DNA of 11,288 nucleotides, taken from Archangiaceae bacterium. Lineage in GTDB: Bacteria; Myxococcota; Myxococcia; Myxococcales; Myxococcaceae. The notes below the pieces were generated by a model. That model did no database searches and had not been told where the DNA came from. It worked only from the letters and a program-made list of their open reading frames with translations. Each line of letters starts with the position of its first letter. The first letter of the stretch is position 1. Positions 1 through 7,010 of this stretch are shown here, piece by piece. The stretch spans positions 1-11,288 of the forward strand of contig JAYVCD010000073.1 of the NCBI GenBank assembly GCA_043750125.1, given 5' to 3'. The position numbers and the translations under genes were made by a program.

Positions 1-68
1 CCGACCCGGCCGCCCCCGAAAAGCCCGGTGTCTCCGCCATCGCCCGTCTTGGTATAGATGCTGGTCAT
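1..68 (-). CDS. pduO: ATP:cob(I)alamin adenosyltransferase, PduO/MMAB type (5' end only; continues past the left edge)
   Basis: Manual translation of the minus strand from ATG at 68 gives MTSIYTKTGDGGDTGLFGGGRV, matching the N-terminal IYT(K/R)TGDxGxTxL-GxRV ATP-binding signature of PduO-type adenosyltransferases. It starts 10 nt after the thyX stop. Not in the ORF track because it is truncated. Confidence 0.88.
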   Translation of the reverse strand, partial: MTSIYTKTGDGGDTGLFGGGRV

Positions 69-78
69 TTTTGCTCGG

Positions 79-1713
79 TCAAATCAGACGTTCAAACTCT
101 TCCAGCCCCATCTTCCACACCGGCACGCCGCAGTAGCGAGGACCTTCGGGACAGAACGGGGTGATTCCCGCCTGCTTTCGCAGCGTGCACGGGGCGTGAA
201 TGTATTTGCCCAGCTCGGGGTGCACCTTCGTTACCTGCTGCGTTTCCTCGATCGAGGCCCGCCAGATTTCTTCCTGCGCGGTGTAGCAAAGGCGGTGGAC
301 CCACTTGTGGTGCAGGTGAAGCAGATCGCCCGACTCGAGGAACCGCACCGGAAAAGAGTTGGGCAGCAGATACAGCGCCATCTCTTCGCTCACGCCTTCG
401 TCGAGCAGCCGTTCGATCGTGGTCCACAGCGTCTTCATCGTCTTCTCGTACAGCGCGCGCGCCTCGGGCACCGCGGCGATCAATTCGGGCAACACGGTGT
501 CGATGTCCCCCGGCACGAACTGGGCGTGGAGCACCGGCCGTGAGGCGGGCGTCATCCGATGCCGTTGATCCTGGCTGTCGGCGGTATGGCTGAGCTTCTT
601 CTGAAACGTGTAGTGCGCGTGCGACAGCGCCCGGGTCAGCTTGCTCATCGTGGTGAGGACCAACGACTCGCCGAAATAGGGGTTCTCTTTGGGGCTCAAC
701 ACCCGGCGCAGCGCGGCCTCATCGGGAAGCTCGGCCTTCGTCGCTCCAATCACGTCGCGCACGCCCTGGGCGACCGAAGACTCGGCGTTCACCTTGTAGT
801 CGACCAACTTCGAACGCAGCTTTCCCAGGCCCTGGTCGAACTCGCGCAGGTAGGCCTTCGCGCCGCTGCCCGCCTTCAGCCGCCCCAACTGCTGCAGCGC
901 GCTGTACTCGAGCGTCTCGTTCAGCGGCAGCGGGTCTTCGATGTTGCGGAAGAAGAGCGGGTCGAGCTTCGTCACCTCGGCCACCATTCCGTCCACGATC
1001 AGCCGCGTCTCGGTCGGCACGTCCAGCTGCTGGCTGAGCCGGTGATACCGGTGCAGCGTGAGCCCCGAAACCGTGTGGTACAGGTGCGCGAAGGTGCCGA
1101 TCGGCAGCACGTAGCGCGCGACTTCCTGCGCCTTCTTCTTCAGCCCCAGCACCCAGCGATCTGGAGCCCGGCGCCGCGCGGGGAAAATCCGGAAGAACTC
1201 TTCGGAAACCTTCGGGGTCAGCAGCGAGATCAGCTGTTGGTACGCCCCCATCGCTTCTTCCACCGCCGACCGGTAGAGCGCTTCGTGGTTCTCGGCCATC
1301 GCCGGCATCACCACGTTTCCCGGCTTCACTTCGACGTAGCGCTGACTGACCTGCTCTGAATTGTAGAACGGGTGGCTGTGGAGGAAGGACCAGATGGCTT
1401 GCCGGCTCACGTGCTCGAGCGTGAACTGAAACGTGGCGTGCTGAATCGTCGTGTGGTGCCCCGCCTCGTAGGTTTCCTGGGCAATCTTGTCTCGCAGCGC
1501 AATCGCCTTCTCGTCCTTTCGAACGTCCTCGGCGGTGATGATTCGCGAGTTGTAACAAGTGCGGGCGGTCGCAATCGCGTTGTCGAAAGAGTCCGTGCCG
1601 AACCCTTTGACCAGGGTGACTTTCGGCAACGGAGAAGTGAACGGAGCGGGCGGCAAGGCTCCTTCGATTGTGTCGACTGCGATCCGAGCGGGCAAGGTGT
1701 CTTCATGGCGCAT
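79..1713 (-). CDS. thyX: FAD-dependent thymidylate synthase (ThyX family), long tandem two-domain form
   Basis: Domain 1 has ARTCY...GHHTTIQHATFQF..VSR..LHSHPFYNSEQVSQRYV...AQEVARYVLP. Domain 2 has LSHAHYTF...SQDQRHR...ALYLLPNS...RLCYTAQEEIW, followed by a Cys-rich tail (CTLRKQAGITPFCPEGPRYCG). These are ThyX-like motifs present twice. The start is uncertain: ATG 1713 (used here) or GTG 1746. Confidence 0.82.
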   Translation of the reverse strand: MRHEDTLPARIAVDTIEGALPPAPFTSPLPKVTLVKGFGTDSFDNAIATARTCYNSRIITAEDVRKDEKAIALRDKIAQETYEAGHHTTIQHATFQFTLEHVSRQAIWSFLHSHPFYNSEQVSQRYVEVKPGNVVMPAMAENHEALYRSAVEEAMGAYQQLISLLTPKVSEEFFRIFPARRRAPDRWVLGLKKKAQEVARYVLPIGTFAHLYHTVSGLTLHRYHRLSQQLDVPTETRLIVDGMVAEVTKLDPLFFRNIEDPLPLNETLEYSALQQLGRLKAGSGAKAYLREFDQGLGKLRSKLVDYKVNAESSVAQGVRDVIGATKAELPDEAALRRVLSPKENPYFGESLVLTTMSKLTRALSHAHYTFQKKLSHTADSQDQRHRMTPASRPVLHAQFVPGDIDTVLPELIAAVPEARALYEKTMKTLWTTIERLLDEGVSEEMALYLLPNSFPVRFLESGDLLHLHHKWVHRLCYTAQEEIWRASIEETQQVTKVHPELGKYIHAPCTLRKQAGITPFCPEGPRYCGVPVWKMGLEEFERLI

Positions 1714-1764
1714 CTGGGGTGAGCCGTAACCGACCCTTTTCTTCACCGCCCGTGCGCTTGCCTC

Positions 1765-1790
1765 TTATTGATATTGATTCTCAATATTGA
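1765..1790. promoter_or_regulatory. Fur-box-like operator in an AT-rich divergent promoter region
   Basis: GATATTGATTCTCAATATT (1770-1788) matches the Fur consensus GATAATGATAATCATTATC at 14/19 positions. It contains a perfect inverted repeat ATATTGA-TTC-TCAATAT (1771-1787) and overlaps a palindrome TCAATATTGA (1781-1790). It is the most AT-rich stretch noticed and lies just upstream of an iron permease. Confidence 0.75.
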
Positions 1791-1824
1791 CGATGGCGGG
1801 TGTCGATTGCTACGTCAGCAGGCT

Positions 1825-3642
1825 GTGACTTCCCTGCTGCTCGCCGCGGTGCTCGCCCTGTCCGCTCCGCCGGCGGACGACGCGGCGTGGCATCGGCTGG
1901 TCGGGCTGCTTCAATACCTGCACGGCGACTACGCGGGCGCGGTGGCTCAGAAAGACGTCGACGAGCTGGCCGAGCAACGCGGGCTGATTGCCGAAGCCGT
2001 GCTGGCGATCGACGCCCTGGGGCCGCGCGGAGAGCTGTACCGCCCGGCGATCGAGTCGATTCGCGAACGCATCGACCGGGGGGCCGACCCGGAAAGCGTC
2101 AGCGCCGAGTGCCAGGGGCTCGCGCAGAAGATCCTCGAAGAACAACACCTGCAGCGGGCGCCGATCAACGCCCCGGACTTGAGCCACGGCGCCACCGTCT
2201 GGGCTGCGAATTGCGCGCTGTGCCACGGGCTGAACGGCGACGCCCAGACGCCCATCGCCCCGACGCTCATTCCGCACCCGGTCAGCTTTCACAACCCCGA
2301 ACGGATGACCTCGCTCACCCCCTACCGCGCGTTCAACACCAGCACCTTCGGGGTGAAGGGCACCGCGATGGTCCCCTTTCCCCAGCTGTCCGAGGACGAT
2401 CGTTGGGCGCTGGCCTTCTACGCCTTCACCTTTCGCCAGCCGCCGTGCGATCACCCGCCGCCCACCGCCACCCTGCAGCAGCTCGCCCAGTCCACCGACG
2501 GCGAGCTCGCGGCCAAATACACTTCGGCCGAAGTGGCCTGCCTGCGTCGGCGCCTTCCCGAGCAAAAACACGGAGGAGGCCTGTTCGGGCCGGCCCGCGC
2601 GGGAATCCTCAACGCCCAGGCCCTCTACGCTTCGGGGCACAGCGACGACGCGCGCATGGCCGTGGTCGACGCGTACCTGCTCGGCGTCGAGCCGGTCGAG
2701 CCGATGCTTCGGGCCCGAAATCCGATCGCGGTGAAGCGGCTCGAGAATGCCTTTGCCCGGGCCCGGGTCGCCGCCGACACCGGAGATCGCTTCAACGAAG
2801 AATCCGCTGCGCTGCTCAAAGAGCTCGATTCACTCGAGAACGCCGGCACCAGCAAAAGCGGCTTCTGGTCCGTCTTCTTCGCCGCGCTCTTCATTCTGCT
2901 GCGCGAGGGGTTCGAGGCGCTGGTGGTGGTGGGCGCGCTGCTCGCGGTGCTGAAGAAGATGAACGCTCCGGCGCAGGCCCGGGTGGTCTACGCGGCGGTC
3001 GCTGCGGCGCTGGGTCTGGGGATATTCGCGCTGATCTTCGCCCAGGCGGCGCTCGCTGGGGCGAACCGGGAATGGATGGAGACGATCGTCTCGTTCTTCG
3101 CGGTGGCGATGCTGCTCTACGCCGCGCTTTGGCTCAACGCCCGGTCCACGATGAGCAGCTTCATGACCGACCTGCGAGCGCAGGTGAAGAGCGCGATCGG
3201 CACCGGGAGCAGCCTCGGGCTGTTCACCGTCGCCTTCACCGCGGTCGCACGCGAGAGCTTCGAGACCGCGCTCTTCATTCAGGGGCTGGCGGGTGACTCG
3301 GCCAATGGCGCGCTGTGGGGCGCGGGCGTGGGGCTGGTCGCGGTGTCGCTGATGGTGATCGCGATTCGCAAGGTGGGCTTCGTGTTGCCGATGAAGACCC
3401 TGTTCAGAGCGTCGACCGCCTTGCTGCTCGCCACCGCGGTGATGGTGCTGGGGAAGGGCCTTCACGGCTTGCAGGAAGTCGGGGTCCTCGGGCTAACCCC
3501 GGTGCCCTTCTTCGAGCTGCCCGTCCTGGGAATCTTCGCCGACGCCCGCACGCTGATTCCGCAGTTTGTCCTGGGGATCATCGCCGCCTGGTGGTGGCGG
3601 CGCTCGACCGCGGTGCCTCGCAAGCCCTCTTTGGCGACCTGA
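1825..3642 (+). CDS. Cytochrome c / FTR1 family high-affinity iron permease fusion (PbrT-like architecture)
   Basis: Probable GTG start at 1825 gives a signal-peptide-like N-terminus (MTSLLLAAVLALSAPPA). Heme-c motif CALCH at 2212-2226, with a likely axial Met in GVKGTAMVPF (2368). The C-terminal multi-TM region carries the two FTR1 motifs REGFE (2902-2916) and RESFE (3250-3264), plus GLHGLQEVG. The ORF-track start at 1768 falls inside the Fur box and is unlikely. Confidence 0.9.
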   Translation: MTSLLLAAVLALSAPPADDAAWHRLVGLLQYLHGDYAGAVAQKDVDELAEQRGLIAEAVLAIDALGPRGELYRPAIESIRERIDRGADPESVSAECQGLAQKILEEQHLQRAPINAPDLSHGATVWAANCALCHGLNGDAQTPIAPTLIPHPVSFHNPERMTSLTPYRAFNTSTFGVKGTAMVPFPQLSEDDRWALAFYAFTFRQPPCDHPPPTATLQQLAQSTDGELAAKYTSAEVACLRRRLPEQKHGGGLFGPARAGILNAQALYASGHSDDARMAVVDAYLLGVEPVEPMLRARNPIAVKRLENAFARARVAADTGDRFNEESAALLKELDSLENAGTSKSGFWSVFFAALFILLREGFEALVVVGALLAVLKKMNAPAQARVVYAAVAAALGLGIFALIFAQAALAGANREWMETIVSFFAVAMLLYAALWLNARSTMSSFMTDLRAQVKSAIGTGSSLGLFTVAFTAVARESFETALFIQGLAGDSANGALWGAGVGLVAVSLMVIAIRKVGFVLPMKTLFRASTALLLATAVMVLGKGLHGLQEVGVLGLTPVPFFELPVLGIFADARTLIPQFVLGIIAAWWWRRSTAVPRKPSLAT

Positions 3643-3666
3643 AACCCCATTCGGACTTCCCACGTA
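3640..3666 (+). promoter_or_regulatory. Candidate ECF-sigma promoter for msrA
   Basis: TGAAAC (3640-3645)-N17-CGTA (3663-3666), the AAC/CGT pattern typical of ECF promoters. It ends 8 nt before the msrA ATG, and there is no obvious Shine-Dalgarno sequence. Confidence 0.4.
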
Positions 3667-3674
3667 CTGACGCC

Positions 3675-4232
3675 ATGAGCTCCTTCAAGCTGGTTTTTTC
3701 CCTCGTCTTTCTCTGTGGCTTCCTCGCCGCCGCCCAGAGCCCCCCGCGCGAAACCGTGATTCTCGCCGGCGGTTGCTTCTGGGGAATGGAAGATTTGCTG
3801 CGGAAGATCCCCGGGGTCCTCGAGACCGACGTGGGCTACGCCGGAGGCAAGAGCGCCAAGCCCGACTATGAGCAGGTCCACACCGGGAAGACCGGTCACG
3901 CCGAGGCGGTGCGGGTGGTGTTCGACCCCACCAGGCTGAAGTTCGAAGACCTGCTCGAGAAGTGGTTCTTCCGGATGCACGACCCCACCACTGCCAACCG
4001 CCAGGGCAACGACGTGGGCTCGCAGTACCGCTCGGCGATCTTCGTCACCACCCCGCAGCAGAAGGCCAGCGCCGAGGCGGTGAAGGCCCGGGTCGACAAG
4101 TCGGGAAAATGGAAGAACCCGGTGGTGACCGAAATCGCCGAAGCCGGGCCGTACACCCTGGCCGAGGGGTATCACCAGAAGTACCTGGCGAAGAACCCCG
4201 GCGGCTACACCTGCCACTACCTGAGGGAATAA
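3675..4232 (+). CDS. msrA: Peptide-methionine (S)-S-oxide reductase MsrA, with an N-terminal signal peptide
   Basis: Catalytic GCFWG (3771-3785), GYAGG, TGHAEAV, HDPT, RQGNDVGSQYRSAIF, AEGYHQKYL, and C-terminal GYTCH (resolving Cys). ATG at 3675 gives the hydrophobic leader MSSFKLVFSLVFLCGFLAAA. Confidence 0.96.
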   Translation: MSSFKLVFSLVFLCGFLAAAQSPPRETVILAGGCFWGMEDLLRKIPGVLETDVGYAGGKSAKPDYEQVHTGKTGHAEAVRVVFDPTRLKFEDLLEKWFFRMHDPTTANRQGNDVGSQYRSAIFVTTPQQKASAEAVKARVDKSGKWKNPVVTEIAEAGPYTLAEGYHQKYLAKNPGGYTCHYLRE

Positions 4233-5725
4233 CGCCCGTCGTCCAGGCTGACCCGCCCCTCGCTCTGCAGCTTCCCGAGAATCGCCAAGGTGCTTCGCTC
4301 GGCGATCGGCAGCACGAATGCGGTCACGTCGTCGTAGGCGCGGGGCACCAACGCCTCGAGGCTCAACGCTTCGACCTGCAAGGCCGCGAGCACCTTCTCT
4401 TCGCGCCAGAGCCGATGCTTCAGGTACTCGGCCAGCTTCCCCGGCCCATCGGGAATCGGAGCGCCGTGCGCGGGATACAGCGTCGTCACCGGCAGCGCCT
4501 CGAGCCGTCGAAGCTGCTGCAGGTAGTCGGTCATGTCGCCTTCGGGAGGGTCGATCACGATCGTTCCCAGGCCCGCGACCATGTCCCCCACCACCGCGGC
4601 GCGCGAGCCTTCGTCGTACAGGCAGACGTGCCCCTGCGCGTGACCTGGGGTGTGCAGCACCCGCCAGCGCATCTCGCCCAGGCCAATGACCTCGCCGTCC
4701 ACCAACAGGCGGTCGGTCTTCACGCTCAGGCGATCGGCAGTGCGCGCGTGGCTCCAGACGGGCACCTTCAGTCGGTCGACCAGCCGCGCGAGCCCGCCCA
4801 CATGGTCCCCATGGTGGTGGGTGAGGACCACCGCCTTGAGGCGGGCTCCTTCGGCCGCAAGCTTCAGCAGCAGCGCGACGAGCCGGTCGGTCTCAACGTC
4901 GTCCACCGAGCCCGGGTCGACCACGATCAGCTCTTGGGTCCCCAGCACGTAGGCGTTGGTGTGGGTCGCCGGAGGCAGCGTCAACGTGCGCAGCGCGAAC
5001 AACTTCACCCCCTGCTGGAACTCGATTCGCTCGGCAACGAAGTCCACCACGTGCGGAGGATTTGCCAGCGCGACCCGCGCCGACTCGGTGTCCTTGAAGG
5101 TCGACATCACCCCCAGCGCGTGGTGGTTCGGCGGGTGCAGCAACGCGGTTCCTTCCCGCCAGCGGCGCAGCGCCATCGCCGGAGCAATCCACGCGCCTTC
5201 CGACAGCTCTCCGGGCCACACCTCGGCCTCCTGCCCCTGCGGCGCTTCGACCAGAAAGAAGCGGGCATCGAAGCGCACGGGAAGAAAGGGCGGGGTCGCC
5301 CACCGGCCCGCTTCGAGGAAGTCGGCGGCGTGAATCGTCAGCTGGTGCCGCGCGAGCAGCTGGGCGAACGGCACCGTCTCTTCCAGCAGCTCGGTGCGCA
5401 TGGTGCTGATTTCGTCCGGCGCGAGCCGACGCGGGGTCCGCGCCTTCAGCAGCCCCGTCTCTTCCAATAGCTCTCGCGCGGCGGTCACGATCAGCACCGC
5501 GGCGTCGCCCGTGGCCCCTTCGACCGGAATCGCGCGATCGGCCGGGTCGACCTTGCCTCCGGGGAACGCGTAGAAGCCGCCTGCGAACCGCAGCAGCTTC
5601 TCGCGCTTGATCCAGAACACTTCGGCGCCCGCGGCCACTCGCCGAAACACGATCACTGCCGCCGCGTCGCGCAACTTCACTTCCGGCATTTCGAAGACGG
5701 GCATTCCCGGCAGCGGCTCACTCAT
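4217..5725 (-). CDS. Nudix hydrolase (NUDT19-like) fused to a metallo-beta-lactamase-fold hydrolase (LACTB2-like) with a C-terminal helical domain
   Basis: N-terminal RDAAAVI...FPGGKVDPAD...AARELLEETGL...WATPPFLPVRFDARFF is an interrupted Nudix box. C-terminal THTNAYVLG...VDPG...THHHGDHVGG...TPGHAQGH...GD...PAHG is a complete MBL metal-ligand set. The tail contains RAYDDV...AERSTLAILGKLQSEGRV. Confidence 0.88.
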   Translation of the reverse strand: MSEPLPGMPVFEMPEVKLRDAAAVIVFRRVAAGAEVFWIKREKLLRFAGGFYAFPGGKVDPADRAIPVEGATGDAAVLIVTAARELLEETGLLKARTPRRLAPDEISTMRTELLEETVPFAQLLARHQLTIHAADFLEAGRWATPPFLPVRFDARFFLVEAPQGQEAEVWPGELSEGAWIAPAMALRRWREGTALLHPPNHHALGVMSTFKDTESARVALANPPHVVDFVAERIEFQQGVKLFALRTLTLPPATHTNAYVLGTQELIVVDPGSVDDVETDRLVALLLKLAAEGARLKAVVLTHHHGDHVGGLARLVDRLKVPVWSHARTADRLSVKTDRLLVDGEVIGLGEMRWRVLHTPGHAQGHVCLYDEGSRAAVVGDMVAGLGTIVIDPPEGDMTDYLQQLRRLEALPVTTLYPAHGAPIPDGPGKLAEYLKHRLWREEKVLAALQVEALSLEALVPRAYDDVTAFVLPIAERSTLAILGKLQSEGRVSLDDGRYSLR

Positions 5726-7005
5726 GAAGCATTTCCCTGGGCCAGGCGAGCGACCAGCGGCCGCGCGGCTTCCGCTTGATCTGGACGGACGTAGACCCGC
5801 GAGAGCAACACCGCGCTCGCGTAGCGTTGGTACAGCGGGGTGTAGTCGGCGATCGACGTGAGCCTTCCACTCGAGACGTCGATCACGAACAGCGAAGGGC
5901 CTTTGCCGTCGAGAAAATATTTCGAGAGGACTCCGCGCGACTCGACTGAAAAATGTTCCAGGCCCGCCTTCGACAGCGCGCCCGAGATCGCCTTCAGGTC
6001 ATACCCGGCGTCTCGTTCGGTGAACTCGGCCACCCGCTTGAAGCCCCGGCGGGTGACGATGCGTTCGGCCCACCGGTTCTTCGATCGGCGCAGCACGTGG
6101 TTCAGCTCTACGTCGTCACACAGCAAGAAGGCTTCGGGGTCAGCCGGAATCTCGAACTCCCCGAGCGCTTCCTCGTAATAGCGCTTGAGCATGTGATCGA
6201 AGCTCACCGAGGTGTGGTGGAAGTAGACGGAGAGGAACATGTGGAAGCGGCTGAGCAGAAAGTCTTCGAACGCGAATGCGGCCGCCCGCGAAAGCGCGAG
6301 CACCATCTTCCCCTCACGCTCGGCCGCGTTGAGGTTCGAAACGATCCACTCGAAGTCGTACCGGCCGTAATTCACGCCAGTGTAGAAGCTGTCCCGCAGC
6401 AGGTAATCCATCCGGTCGGCGTCGAGCTCTCCCGACACCAGGCCCCGCAGCAGCGGCGACCAATCGATGTTCCCGTCGACAAAAGGCGTGGGCCCCGGCG
6501 GTTCGCGACCGGTGACGAGCGAGGCGATGTGGGCCGCGGTCAGGCCATACGCCTTCAGCGCGTTGGCCAGCACGTCGGTCAACGAGCTGTCCAACAGGAT
6601 CTTCGCCGTGAAGTCTTCGTGCGAAGCCTGCTCTCCTTCTCCATCGTCGAACCACGCGGGCAGCTTCAACCGGCTCTTCAGCGGAGCAATCTGTTCCGAC
6701 GCATGGCTAAACGGCATGTGGCCCAGGTCGTGACACAGCACCGCCATTCGCACCGCGGCGCGAAAGCGTTCTTTCGCGACCGAAGAAATCTTCGCGGTCG
6801 AGGTCACGACATCGAACAAACGCGAGGCGACGTGCATCGCGCCCAGCGAGTGCGCGTGGCGGGTGTGCGTCGCGCCGGGAAACGCAAGCTCACCGAAGCC
6901 CAGCTGCCGGATGTTGCGAAGTCGTTGGTAGAAGCGGCTGTCGATCACCGCGGTCTCTTCAGGGGTGACGAAGAGCGTGCCGTGAATGGGATCTCGAATT
7001 CTCAC
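5722..7005 (-). CDS. HD-domain phosphohydrolase, SAMHD1/YwfO-like dNTP triphosphohydrolase family
   Basis: IRDPIHG...QRLRNIRQLG...FPGATHTRHAHSLG...LCHDLGHMPFSH (HD at 6727-6732)...SHE...ELDADRMDYLLRDS...GVNYG...VYFH. GTG start at 7005 preceded by an AAGGAG RBS. The stop overlaps the next gene's start (ATGA, 5722-5725). Confidence 0.9.
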   Translation of the reverse strand: MRIRDPIHGTLFVTPEETAVIDSRFYQRLRNIRQLGFGELAFPGATHTRHAHSLGAMHVASRLFDVVTSTAKISSVAKERFRAAVRMAVLCHDLGHMPFSHASEQIAPLKSRLKLPAWFDDGEGEQASHEDFTAKILLDSSLTDVLANALKAYGLTAAHIASLVTGREPPGPTPFVDGNIDWSPLLRGLVSGELDADRMDYLLRDSFYTGVNYGRYDFEWIVSNLNAAEREGKMVLALSRAAAFAFEDFLLSRFHMFLSVYFHHTSVSFDHMLKRYYEEALGEFEIPADPEAFLLCDDVELNHVLRRSKNRWAERIVTRRGFKRVAEFTERDAGYDLKAISGALSKAGLEHFSVESRGVLSKYFLDGKGPSLFVIDVSSGRLTSIADYTPLYQRYASAVLLSRVYVRPDQAEAARPLVARLAQGNAS

Positions 7006-7010
7006 GCCCG

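Noticed and set aside
58..1722. ORFs 58-543, 559-1359 and 1372-1722 (+), and 719-1558 (-)
   Set aside because: Antisense or alternate-frame shadows of thyX with no recognisable motifs. Long open frames are expected at this GC content.
1768..1824. ORF-track N-terminal extension of the FTR1 gene (MILILNIDDGG...)
   Set aside because: It begins with TTG inside the Fur-like operator. GTG 1825 gives a proper signal-peptide-like start.
1800..3296. 498-aa alternate-frame ORF over the FTR1 gene
   Set aside because: Arg/Gly/Pro-rich sequence typical of an off-frame read of a GC-rich gene, with no motifs.
3315..3674. 120-aa N-terminal extension of msrA in the ORF track
   Set aside because: It overlaps the FTR1 C-terminus out of frame and has low complexity. 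ATG 3675 gives a signal peptide followed directly by the MsrA domain.
4217..5000. Calling the MBL domain an antibiotic-resistance beta-lactamase
   Set aside because: It is cytoplasmic, fused to a Nudix domain, and has a LACTB2/glyoxalase-II-like motif pattern. Nothing supports class B beta-lactamase activity.
3962..5470. 502-aa plus-strand ORF opposite the Nudix-MBL gene
   Set aside because: Antisense shadow ORF with no domain motifs. Its identical length to the real gene appears coincidental.
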